From: Promethearchaeota archaeon
GTDB lineage: Archaea > Asgardarchaeota > Heimdallarchaeia > Hodarchaeales > Hodarchaeaceae
Reading direction: 5' to 3'
Assembly (NCBI GenBank): GCA_048938105.1
Contig: JBHLMN010000003.1
Span: forward strand, 320,001-384,000
Length of the DNA stretch: 64,000 nucleotides
Shown: piece after piece, positions 50,260 to 59,495 of the stretch
Layout: every line of letters starts with the position of its first letter
Position numbering within the stretch: position 1 is the stretch's first letter
Position numbers and translations under genes: made by a program
The notes under the pieces: model-generated
What the model saw: the letters and a program-made list of their open reading frames with translations, nothing else
Told to the model about the DNA's origin: nothing
Databases searched by the model: none

Positions 50260-51393
50260 ATGGAGCTATGTTTAATGGGAACCATATATAATATTGTAGA
50301 AAAGAGAATGCCACATCTTATTCTTGAAGGAACCTCTTATGAGATAGGTAAAAGGATTGGGAACCTTTTAAAAAATAAGTATAAAGGGTTCGCATCATTT
50401 CTCACCTCAGGAAATCTCAATCCTCAAAAACTTGGTTTTAATAATTTTCAAGAGATGCAGGAATTGTATGAAGAAAGCTGTCCAGGAATTACTGATGAAA
50501 TACATGGCTTTGCTGACAGTTTAAATGTGCAGACAAATAAAATCATTTATTATGGCTTTCCGTTCTCACTTCAACAAAATTGCAGTCATATGGTTGCACT
50601 ACCATCTATTACAACCAAAAATCATGTTCTTGTTGGGAGGAGCTATGAGTGGAATCATAATGAGGAAGATTTAATCCTTTTTACTACAAAAATCAGGAAT
50701 AAAAGGGTTCATATTGGATTTTCAAATCTACTTTTAGGTCGTTATGAAGGTTTTAACTCTGATGGTCTTTGTATAACGTCTTCAGGGGGAGGAGCATATA
50801 ATGCACCTATTAAGAATAAAAAGGGTGTATTTTTTTCTCTTGCTGTCAGATCTCTTTTAGAAAATTGTGGAACAGTAGAAGCAGGGGTCGATTTATTACA
50901 AGAATTACCAGTTTTCTCCTCATCAAATTTCATCCTAGCCGATAAACAAGGAAAAGCAGCGCTAATAGAGTGTTTAGATAGTGAATATAGCATAAAACAA
51001 ATAAATGGTGAAACACAATCATATTTAATTTCAACTAATCATTATACTTTACCTGAAAAGATAAAATATAACAAATATGTTAATAATTGGCTTTTACCAA
51101 ATTCAAAAACACGTTATGAAAGAATCAAATCAGAATTTAGCGCTGATATGCCTTCAATAAGTCAAGATACGATGAAGAACATTTTATCGAAGGAAATACC
51201 AAATGGAGTTTGTGCTTATTACCATAAGGATTGTTTTGGGACTTTATGGTCAATGATCTTTGATTTAACAGAAGGAACAGTAGAAATAAGTTTTGGTCCA
51301 CCCTCACATAATAAATGGAATGTATTCAATTTTGAGACATTGGAAAACATAGAAGGTTATTTAGCGCAATTTCCAGAGAGTCTCATTGAATGA
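50260..51393 (+). CDS. C45-family Ntn-hydrolase (autoproteolytic acyltransferase/peptidase)
   Basis: GTSYEIG, QNCSH (nucleophile Cys), GRSYEW, EGFNSDGL, STNHY, TLWSMIFDL. Confidence 0.85.
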   Translation: MELCLMGTIYNIVEKRMPHLILEGTSYEIGKRIGNLLKNKYKGFASFLTSGNLNPQKLGFNNFQEMQELYEESCPGITDEIHGFADSLNVQTNKIIYYGFPFSLQQNCSHMVALPSITTKNHVLVGRSYEWNHNEEDLILFTTKIRNKRVHIGFSNLLLGRYEGFNSDGLCITSSGGGAYNAPIKNKKGVFFSLAVRSLLENCGTVEAGVDLLQELPVFSSSNFILADKQGKAALIECLDSEYSIKQINGETQSYLISTNHYTLPEKIKYNKYVNNWLLPNSKTRYERIKSEFSADMPSISQDTMKNILSKEIPNGVCAYYHKDCFGTLWSMIFDLTEGTVEISFGPPSHNKWNVFNFETLENIEGYLAQFPESLIE

Positions 51394-51455
51394 GTAACAG
51401 ATTTGAGTTGTAACAACAAAATAGGAATTCATAAGTATAAGGACAGTATGATAGC

Positions 51456-52310
51456 GTGAAGTATGGAATCAATATAATCTGTTTTATTGGTCAAACCCAA
51501 AAGAAGGGAATTGAATTTCATATTGAATGTGCAGAGGCAGCTGAAGATGCAGGATGGGATGGTTTTTTCATCTGGGATCATATTTGGGGCTTTTGGGATA
51601 ATCACACATTGAAAGTTTTAGATCCTTGGATTATCTTGTCTGCTGTTGCAGCAAGAACTGAAAAAATAAAAATTGGCCCTATGGTAACACCTTTGGCACG
51701 TAGGAGACCATGGAAAGTGGCGAGAGAAGCTGTCACTTTGGATCACTTATCAGGTGGTCGATTGATACTTGGAGTTGGATTAGGGGGTACATTTGAGGAG
51801 TTTGGCCTCTTCAATGAACCAGTAGAGCCAAGAATCAGAGCTGAAAAACTTGATGAGGGGTTAGAGATACTTACAGGGTTATGGGGAGGGAAATCCTTCT
51901 CCTATGATGGTAAATATTATAATATCAAAGAGGTAACATTTATTCCCAAACCAATCCAGAACCCAAGAATCCCCATTTGGGTTGCAGGATATTGGCCAAA
52001 CAAATTACCTTTTTATCGTGCAGCAAGGTATGATGGGGTTGTTCCTGCAGCAGAGTTTGGTGTTGATTTTGGTCCTGACAAACTAGAAGATGTATTAAAT
52101 ATCATTAGGAAGAAGAGAGGCAATCTTGAAGGTTTTGAAGTCGTGGGTGGAGGTTCAACAACTGGTATTGATACATCAAAAGATACTGATATCGTTCAAC
52201 CATGGATTGAAGCTGGGGCAACCTGGTTTATGGAACACATCAATGATTGGATTGGTACAGAAGAAGAGCTTCTCACACGTATTCAAAGAGGCCCTCCCGA
52301 TGTTGTTTAA
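51456..52310 (+). CDS. LLM-class (luciferase-like) flavin-dependent oxidoreductase
   Basis: GWDGFFIWDH, DPW, VTPLARRRPWKVARE, LDHLSGGRLILGVGLG, PIWVAG. Confidence 0.9.
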   Translation: MKYGINIICFIGQTQKKGIEFHIECAEAAEDAGWDGFFIWDHIWGFWDNHTLKVLDPWIILSAVAARTEKIKIGPMVTPLARRRPWKVAREAVTLDHLSGGRLILGVGLGGTFEEFGLFNEPVEPRIRAEKLDEGLEILTGLWGGKSFSYDGKYYNIKEVTFIPKPIQNPRIPIWVAGYWPNKLPFYRAARYDGVVPAAEFGVDFGPDKLEDVLNIIRKKRGNLEGFEVVGGGSTTGIDTSKDTDIVQPWIEAGATWFMEHINDWIGTEEELLTRIQRGPPDVV

Positions 52311-52339
52311 ACAATAACGTTTATTGGTAGCTGATTCTG

Positions 52340-53170
52340 GTGTTGGATTCTGTAGCTTTGGTGAAATATGAGAATAATATAAGAAAGACTCTAGAGACTG
52401 GTATTGGGCTTATTGATGGTTTTCAGAATTTGAAATCGCCCGTCCTAATCAAACCGAATATTTGTACGCAGATAGATAAGACTGGTTTTGCAGTAAATGA
52501 TGTTCAGGTAGTTGAAGTGTTAATAAAACTGATTCTTAAAGAAAACCAAGATTTATCTATTAAAATTGTGGAATCAGACAGTATAAGCAAGTTTGCTGAT
52601 GAAGCTTACATCAAATTCGGTTATAGTAATTTAGAAAAAAAAATGCAAATGTCTGGTTTTGATGTATCATTAATTAATCTCACTCATTCCCCAACGGTTG
52701 AAATCAATTTTGAAGGAAGTTATTTTACGAATCCCAAGTTACCTGAGATTCTTCTTGGTTCAAAGTTTTTAATTTCTTTAGCTGTTGCAAAAACTCATTT
52801 TTTGACTTTCTTAACTGGAACCTTGAAGAATCTTTTTGGTCTACTCCCTAGAAAGGATCAATCATTCTATCATCCCCATATTAATGATGTTATTGTTGAC
52901 ATAAATAGGATAATTCAACCTAGTCTCTGTATTGTTGATGCTAGAGTAGGTCTTGAGGGTTGGGCGGGGCCAAAATCAAGACGTTTAGATAGATTCATAA
53001 TAGGAAGGAAGCCTGTGTCAACAGATGCCACCATGGCTAGGATTATGGGTTTTAAACCAGGGGAAGTTCTTCACTTGGTCGAAGCAGAGAAGTATGATCT
53101 AGGTTCCCTGACTCCTACTGTTATTGGAGAGAAGATTGAAACCTCAATAGTGAAATTCAATCCACCATAA
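52340..53170 (+). CDS. DUF362-family protein
   Basis: VLIKPNI, AKTH, TGTLKNLFG, IVDA, PVSTD. Confidence 0.8.
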   Translation: MLDSVALVKYENNIRKTLETGIGLIDGFQNLKSPVLIKPNICTQIDKTGFAVNDVQVVEVLIKLILKENQDLSIKIVESDSISKFADEAYIKFGYSNLEKKMQMSGFDVSLINLTHSPTVEINFEGSYFTNPKLPEILLGSKFLISLAVAKTHFLTFLTGTLKNLFGLLPRKDQSFYHPHINDVIVDINRIIQPSLCIVDARVGLEGWAGPKSRRLDRFIIGRKPVSTDATMARIMGFKPGEVLHLVEAEKYDLGSLTPTVIGEKIETSIVKFNPP

Positions 53171-53253
53171 ATTTGTTATTGGATATAGAAATGATATGAA
53201 TTATTAAAGTTACATCGAAATACACATTGTAAAACAAACAGATTATGAAAAAA

Positions 53254-53436
53254 TTAGGTAGATTGTTTCATCTGGACTTGAGTAGGAATACTTGACAACT
53301 TACATTTTTTCATGGGTTTAAAATTGTGTTTTTCTAAAACTGTAGCTTTATGTTTTCTTTCCATAATCTTATCGAAAGATCTTCTCTTCATTCTATATTC
53401 ACGTACTAATTCTAAATGAATTAAGGTTGTTACCAT
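53254..53436 (-). CDS. Small basic hypothetical protein, divergent from the ArsR-fusion gene
   Basis: 60-aa ORF filling an otherwise empty gap; AGGGA upstream; no recognisable family. Confidence 0.4.
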   Translation of the reverse strand: MVTTLIHLELVREYRMKRRSFDKIMERKHKATVLEKHNFKPMKKCKLSSIPTQVQMKQST

Positions 53437-53619
53437 TTTTTATCCCTATTTTTAATATTATTCAATTTTTGTTCAATTATTTTTATTATATTATTCAGGA
53501 ATTATTGAATATAATTTGTTTATAAACTTTATGATTGTTGAAAATTAGTCAAAATTTATTCAATTATTTTTGAAAAAATATTCACAAATCTTATATAATA
53601 ATTAGTGATTTTGCATTAA

Positions 53620-55098
53620 TTGAATTTCATCATGAAATCTACTAATAATGATGATTTAGCTCAAGATTTCCCTCTTGGTTCACTAGAAAGTATCATCGAT
53701 CTTTTAAAAGCTACTGCACATGATACACGTTTACAAATTTTAGTCTATTTATCCAATTCTGAAAAATCCCTTCCTTATTTACACGAGCATATTAAAGCTA
53801 AGTTTGCTAGCAAAGGAAAAGTAAGTAAAACTGCACTTGCTCATCATCTAAATCAACTTATAGACACAGGATTAGTTGAAAAAACGGCCCGAGGAATGTA
53901 TAGCCTTACTGAATACGGTTTAGTTTACATTAAACAGATGAGAACAGTTTTAGAAACATATAGCGAGAGAAATCAAATTATTTCCGAACCTGAAAAGCAG
54001 AAGGAATTCACATATGTATCAGATTATCTTAAAACAAGTTCTGAAACTTCAAAAAATATGGTTAGTGGGAATCCTCTGTATCAGAGTGGATGGAATTCTT
54101 ATATCTCTTCTGTTTCCGGAGTACTAGAATCTCTTGGTGTTAATGATGACTATATTCAATTGAGTGGACGTTCAGCATATTGTTTTATATTTAAAGTATC
54201 CATAGGGGCCATATCTTTCTTGGGAGAAGGAATATTATCTGATAAGGCATGGGAGGAGATTTACAAGGGAACTGAAAGTTTTGGGTGGAAAATTAATGAG
54301 TGGAAGTCTGAACGAGTATATCCCCACCTGTGGAACATAACTGGAGAAGATTTTGAGACAGCAAAAGAGATGTTTTATCGTATTCGCTTTATAATTGATG
54401 AGTATGATACTCCAGTAGTTTTATGGGGTCTTCGTGTTCCCAGTTTTGGTATTGTCAAGGGTTACGACGATGATAGTTATATTGTAAGCACTTATTATCG
54501 TAAAGAAGCTCTTAATGACACACCAGTAAGATATGACTCTATTTATGCTCATGGATCTTTTAAATTTCTTTATTTTACTAAAAGTGAGGGTATCAAATCT
54601 GTGGAGGAAGAGGATAAAACATCCATCACACGAGCTATCAATATGGCTAAAGGAGTAAATGTTACACCTGAAAATACTGTACTTGGGTATAAATACATTT
54701 CAGGACCAGAGGCTTACAGTGAGTTTGCAGACATTCTTTTGAATTTTGACACATCATTACCTGAAATTGCTACTGGATTTCATGGTAGATTTTATCAAGA
54801 CGCAAAAGCAGTTGCTATGGAATACCTTGAACGACTGGCGCGTAAATATACTAGTTTGCCTCAAGGAGAGTTATTACTCAATGCTAGTAAACAATACCGT
54901 GTGATAAAAAGCATTTTTGAAGAATTTATGGTTCTTTTCCCTTATTTTGACATTAAATCTAATAAATCTAAAAAAAGAATAACTGAAGAGAAGAGGAAGA
55001 AGGGAGCTGATCTTTTATTAAAAGCAAAGGATTATGAAGAATCTGGCATTAAATATTTAGAACAAGCTGCTAAACAATGGAGATCTTCTTCAAGATAA
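53620..55098 (+). CDS. ArsR-type winged-HTH regulator fused to a large uncharacterised C-terminal domain (paralog of 37267..38631)
   Basis: 492 aa; KATAHDTRLQIL..KTALAHHLNQL..ARGMY; shared PxYQxxWxSY..SVSGV and PVVLWGL..PxxGIV.GY motifs. Confidence 0.75.
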   Translation: MNFIMKSTNNDDLAQDFPLGSLESIIDLLKATAHDTRLQILVYLSNSEKSLPYLHEHIKAKFASKGKVSKTALAHHLNQLIDTGLVEKTARGMYSLTEYGLVYIKQMRTVLETYSERNQIISEPEKQKEFTYVSDYLKTSSETSKNMVSGNPLYQSGWNSYISSVSGVLESLGVNDDYIQLSGRSAYCFIFKVSIGAISFLGEGILSDKAWEEIYKGTESFGWKINEWKSERVYPHLWNITGEDFETAKEMFYRIRFIIDEYDTPVVLWGLRVPSFGIVKGYDDDSYIVSTYYRKEALNDTPVRYDSIYAHGSFKFLYFTKSEGIKSVEEEDKTSITRAINMAKGVNVTPENTVLGYKYISGPEAYSEFADILLNFDTSLPEIATGFHGRFYQDAKAVAMEYLERLARKYTSLPQGELLLNASKQYRVIKSIFEEFMVLFPYFDIKSNKSKKRITEEKRKKGADLLLKAKDYEESGIKYLEQAAKQWRSSSR

Positions 55099-55179
55099 TC
55101 AATTATTCAACTCTTATTTGGCTTACAAGATTTTATATTGGTTATCTTTAAAAAATTTAACAGTTTACCATTAATTCAC

Positions 55180-56373
55180 ATGAAATCTGAATTAATTGAA
55201 TTGAAAATTGCCCTAGAGAACGAATTGGATAATATCTTAGAATATTGGATGAAATATTCTTTAGATAATGAATATGGGGGATTCTACGGCAGGATTGATC
55301 ATCATAACCAAGTTATTCCCAAATCTTCAAAGAGTTGTATACTCAATACTCGTATTCTTTGGACATTTTCTGCTGCTTATAATTTTTTGAAAAAAAAAGA
55401 ATTACTCGAAGTCGCCATTAGAGCCTATAATTATATTCTAAATCATTTTTTTGATCACGAATATGGAGGCCTTTATTGGGAAGTTGACTATCTGGGTAAT
55501 CCACTAGATATGCGTAAACAGATTTATGCACAAGCTTTCGGAATTTATGGGTTTTCAGAATATTATAAGGCCTGTGGAGATATAGATAGTCTTCGTCATG
55601 CACAAGAGCTTTTTTGGTTGATAGAAAAATATAGTCTTGACCCAAAAAATAACGGTTACATTGAAGCGTTAGATAAAAAATGGCAACCGTTGCTAGATAT
55701 GCGACTAAGCAAAAAAGATATTAACGAACCAAAATCAATGAATACCCATTTACATATTCTAGAAGCTTACACAAATTTATATTATGTCTGGAAGGAAAAA
55801 TCACTTAATAAGCAGATTGAAAACTTATTATGGATTTTTCTCAATAAAATAATCGACCAGAAATCTCATCATTTTCAGTTATTTTTTGATTTAAGTTGGA
55901 CAGTAAAATCCTCAATAATTTCATTTGGTCATGATATTGAAGGATCATGGTTACTAACTGAAGCTACTGAAGCATTAGGAAATGAGAAATTATTGAAAGA
56001 GATAAATGACGTCGTCATAAAGCTGGTTGATAGAACTGTAAAGGAAGGAACAGATAAAAGTAGTTCTCTCTTCTATGAAAATGATAATAAAACTGGAGAA
56101 ATGGACTTTGATAAGCACTGGTGGTGTCAAGCTGAAGCAATGATCGGATTAGTGAACGCCTGGCAGATAACAGGAAATCAACAATATTTGAAGAATGCTA
56201 CTGATATCTGGGATTATATTACACAATTCATTATTAATACTGAACATGGAGAATGGAACGCCGTGATTGATAAATTCGACCATATTATCACTACAGGGGA
56301 TAGAGTTGGATTCTGGAAAGGCCCCTATCATAATACAAGGGCTTGTATAGAGGTTATTAATCGTGTAGGTTAG
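55180..56373 (+). CDS. AGE-family epimerase, cellobiose/mannobiose 2-epimerase-like
   Basis: GGFYG, LNTRILWTFS, KQIYAQAF, KSMNTHLHILEAY, SFGHDIEGSWL, WWCQAEA, WKGPYH; ATG at 55180 (ORF track starts at 55138). Confidence 0.88.
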   Translation: MKSELIELKIALENELDNILEYWMKYSLDNEYGGFYGRIDHHNQVIPKSSKSCILNTRILWTFSAAYNFLKKKELLEVAIRAYNYILNHFFDHEYGGLYWEVDYLGNPLDMRKQIYAQAFGIYGFSEYYKACGDIDSLRHAQELFWLIEKYSLDPKNNGYIEALDKKWQPLLDMRLSKKDINEPKSMNTHLHILEAYTNLYYVWKEKSLNKQIENLLWIFLNKIIDQKSHHFQLFFDLSWTVKSSIISFGHDIEGSWLLTEATEALGNEKLLKEINDVVIKLVDRTVKEGTDKSSSLFYENDNKTGEMDFDKHWWCQAEAMIGLVNAWQITGNQQYLKNATDIWDYITQFIINTEHGEWNAVIDKFDHIITTGDRVGFWKGPYHNTRACIEVINRVG

Positions 56374-56758
56374 CGGAAATTACCGCGATCACTTCAATCT
56401 CAATCGTTATTCCCTCGATTGGGGAAAGAGCTTGAATCGTAACGCGAGTAGGTTCATATCCAACCTTGAAAAATTCTCGATACACTTGATCCATCTTATT
56501 AAATTCATTAGCATCTTTCATAAAGATGGTAACTCTCACGACATTATCCATTGAAGTCCCCGAAGATTCTAATAAAAATTTTACATTTTGTAATGCTTTC
56601 CGTGTTTGCTGCTCAATCGTTCCAGGGATAATATCACCTGTTTTCAGATCACAAGATAATTGGCTAGAAAGAAATAATAAATCCCCAGCCTTAACAATAT
56701 GATTAAATGGACTTTTTGGCCTCTTAATGCCATCAATAGTGATGATTTCTTTTTGCAT
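56357..56758 (-). CDS. RidA/YjgF family protein
   Basis: SPFNH, LFLSSQ, EQQT..NV, MDQVY, PTRVTI, IEIEVIA. Confidence 0.88.
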   Translation of the reverse strand: MQKEIITIDGIKRPKSPFNHIVKAGDLLFLSSQLSCDLKTGDIIPGTIEQQTRKALQNVKFLLESSGTSMDNVVRVTIFMKDANEFNKMDQVYREFFKVGYEPTRVTIQALSPIEGITIEIEVIAVISANLHD

Positions 56759-56856
56759 TCATTAATCCACCAGTTATATCTAATAATTTATGCAAGTTAA
56801 GACATCTATAATAACTTATTAAAATCAGATCATTTAATTGAAAAAAAAGGTGATGA

Positions 56857-57354
56857 ATGATGCAGAAATTAGAAAATGCAAAGGGTCAATTGCATTATGC
56901 ATTGAACATGGCAATGAAGACATTAGATAAAGCAATTTTATTAATTCCCGATAAAAAACTCAATTGGAAACCTATTGATGATGCAATGACTGCAGCTGAA
57001 CTCGGTATTCATGTTTACCAAGGCTCATTAACCTTAACAGCTGGGACTTTGAAAGGCGAGTTCAACAATGAGGATTACAATATTATTCCCTTTGACCCCC
57101 AAAAAATAAACTCTTCAAAAGAAATTGTAGAGTATGGAGCGAATGTTAAGCAATTTATTCAAGAAACGGTTGAAAAATTAACGGAGGAAGACATGGATAA
57201 GCAAATTACCTACAACTGCTGGGGTGGTGTTAAAATGGGAGGATTTGAGTCATTATCAACGATCCTTGAGGAAACTATTCATCACCGAGGACAATTATGC
57301 CTATATTTACGCATGATGGGAATTAAGCCTCCCTTCATTTACGATTTTAGTTGA
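56857..57354 (+). CDS. DinB-family protein
   Basis: WKP..MTAAELGIH, ETIHHRGQL..YLRMMGIKPP. Confidence 0.85.
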   Translation: MMQKLENAKGQLHYALNMAMKTLDKAILLIPDKKLNWKPIDDAMTAAELGIHVYQGSLTLTAGTLKGEFNNEDYNIIPFDPQKINSSKEIVEYGANVKQFIQETVEKLTEEDMDKQITYNCWGGVKMGGFESLSTILEETIHHRGQLCLYLRMMGIKPPFIYDFS

Positions 57355-57429
57355 TCTAGCAAAAATTATATTGTTTCAACAAATCAATTCAATAATCAGA
57401 TTTAGTATATCCTCTGTTAGGGATTTAAA

Positions 57430-58353
57430 ATGAATTCAAAAATAATTACTGTGACTGGTGAAATCCCATCAAAGGAAATGGGTTTTACTCTACCACATGA
57501 ACATATATTAGTAGATTTTATTGGTGCTGAAGAAACAGGAAAGCATAGATACAATCCTGATGAAGTCATTAACATCATGTTTCCATATCTACTAGACATC
57601 CAAAAACTCGGTGTAACAACTTTTATTGATTGTACACCAATGTTTCTAGCAAGAGATGTTAAGATCCTAAAAGAATTGGCAAATAAAACTAATTTGAACA
57701 TTCTTACAAATACAGGCTTATATGGTAGAGATCCATATATTCCAAAATATACTTATATACAATCCATTGAAGAATTAGCAAATCAATGGATTCGAGAAGC
57801 AAAAGAGGGAATAGAGGACACAGTAATAAAACCAGGTTTCATAAAAACAGCTGTAGATGGGGGAGAATTCACTGAAATCGAGAAGAAACTCATTGAAGTA
57901 GCTGCAGTAGTATCCAATGAAACAAATCTTACAATAGCGACTCATACATGTTTTGGAGAGAAAGCACTACAAATCCTGAACGTTCTTAAGGATTATGATG
58001 TTAAGCCACAGAAATGGATTTTTGTCCATGCAAACATCGAAGAGAAAATAGAACTCATTTTACAGGTTGCCGAACAGGGAGCATGGATAGAACTTGATGG
58101 AGTTGGACAAGAAGGTCAGGATGAAAAGATACTTCGTATATTAAATATATTAATTGATCAAGAGTATCAAGATCAAATCCTATTGTCCCAAGATGCAGGT
58201 TGTTATTTTGTAGGAGAACCTAATGGGGGCGAAATAAGACCTTTTAGTCATTTCATCACCAAGTTCATACCTATGTTGCGTAACAGTGGAATTCAAGACG
58301 ATTTGATTCAGAAATTTACTATCAATAACCCTGCAGCTGCTTTTTCGATATAG
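57430..58353 (+). CDS. Phosphotriesterase-family metallohydrolase/lactonase
   Basis: TLPHEH, DCTP, NTGLY, GFIK, ATHT, FVHA, IELDG, LLSQDAG, NNPA. Confidence 0.88.
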   Translation: MNSKIITVTGEIPSKEMGFTLPHEHILVDFIGAEETGKHRYNPDEVINIMFPYLLDIQKLGVTTFIDCTPMFLARDVKILKELANKTNLNILTNTGLYGRDPYIPKYTYIQSIEELANQWIREAKEGIEDTVIKPGFIKTAVDGGEFTEIEKKLIEVAAVVSNETNLTIATHTCFGEKALQILNVLKDYDVKPQKWIFVHANIEEKIELILQVAEQGAWIELDGVGQEGQDEKILRILNILIDQEYQDQILLSQDAGCYFVGEPNGGEIRPFSHFITKFIPMLRNSGIQDDLIQKFTINNPAAAFSI

Positions 58354-58409
58354 TAATCAGCTATTAGTTGGTCTAAAAAGAATAAAACAACATCACTTTT
58401 TGGAATCCT

Positions 58410-59183
58410 ATGCACTTTAATCATCATAAGCAAATTATATACAAGCTTAAACAACATTTCATGGACGATCCGAATGTTCATGCACTTATCATCAACGGCT
58501 CTGTTGCTCGGGGGTCAGCTGGCCCTGAATCAGATGTTGATTTCGTTTTAGTGGTATCAGAAGAAGAGTATGAAAATAGAGAACATAATAACAAAATCCA
58601 TTTTAGTTGCAATTCGTTTTGTATTCCTCCTTGTATAGCTGTAAATGGATCAGCAAAGACTGTAGAAATGCTGAAATGGCTTGCTAATAACGGTTCTGAT
58701 GTCGCCAGGTATGCTTTTGTTCAAGCAAACATCATTTTCTCAAAGCTATCAGACCTCAATAGAATATTAGAGCAAATTACTGTATTCCCCACTCATGATA
58801 TCACTGAAAAATTAGAGAGCTTTTACAGCCAGGTCAAAATGCATTATTCCTATCTTGAATATGGACATTATAGTCAAAATACTTATGTTTTGTACCAAAC
58901 AGCAGTACTACTAGCATTATTTGGAGGGAGAATGATCTTAACTCATAATAATATGTTTTATCCTGGTCGAAAGTGGTTTATGACACAATTAGAGGAAGCA
59001 AAACAAAAACCTAAAGATTTTATTTATTTTACGAAGGAATTATTGCAGTATCCCAATTTAACAAACGCGAAAGAATTTTGTGATATATTACTCAATTTCA
59101 GGGACTGGCCAAAGCCACCTGAAGGATGGTTTAACCGTTTTGAAAAGGATATGAAAAAGCATCGTTGGAATGCAATTGATTAG
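58410..59183 (+). CDS. Nucleotidyltransferase-domain protein (pol-beta superfamily)
   Basis: NGSVARG..SDVDF (GS-x10-DxD), YPGRKW. Confidence 0.8.
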   Translation: MHFNHHKQIIYKLKQHFMDDPNVHALIINGSVARGSAGPESDVDFVLVVSEEEYENREHNNKIHFSCNSFCIPPCIAVNGSAKTVEMLKWLANNGSDVARYAFVQANIIFSKLSDLNRILEQITVFPTHDITEKLESFYSQVKMHYSYLEYGHYSQNTYVLYQTAVLLALFGGRMILTHNNMFYPGRKWFMTQLEEAKQKPKDFIYFTKELLQYPNLTNAKEFCDILLNFRDWPKPPEGWFNRFEKDMKKHRWNAID

Positions 59184-59187
59184 ACTA

Positions 59188-59487
59188 CTACCCAGCTGTT
59201 GATGCTAATATTTCCAAGAGTAGCCTAACAGAAAAACCAATTACCAACATCACAAAACCATACCCAAAGCAGATGAGGAACACAGGTAAGAACGCATCAG
59301 ATTGTGTTACATCCAAGATGAGATTTGTAGGAAAGTAAGATAAAACTGCAGCTCCAATAACAGCAATTAAAATTGAACCACCAATAAAAATTATTATTTC
59401 TACAATTGTTAATGGTTCATCTTTGGGATCTATTTCGGTTTCTTGGGTACCATCCGTTATTTTTGGTGTTTTATCATTATCGTTCAT
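59188..59487 (-). CDS. Small two-TM membrane protein
   Basis: Two hydrophobic helices; likely start is MNDNDK (59487) or 59496, because the track start (59511) lies inside an IS-end hairpin. Confidence 0.55.
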   Translation of the reverse strand: MNDNDKTPKITDGTQETEIDPKDEPLTIVEIIIFIGGSILIAVIGAAVLSYFPTNLILDVTQSDAFLPVFLICFGYGFVMLVIGFSVRLLLEILASTAG

Positions 59488-59495
59488 AAGAATCA

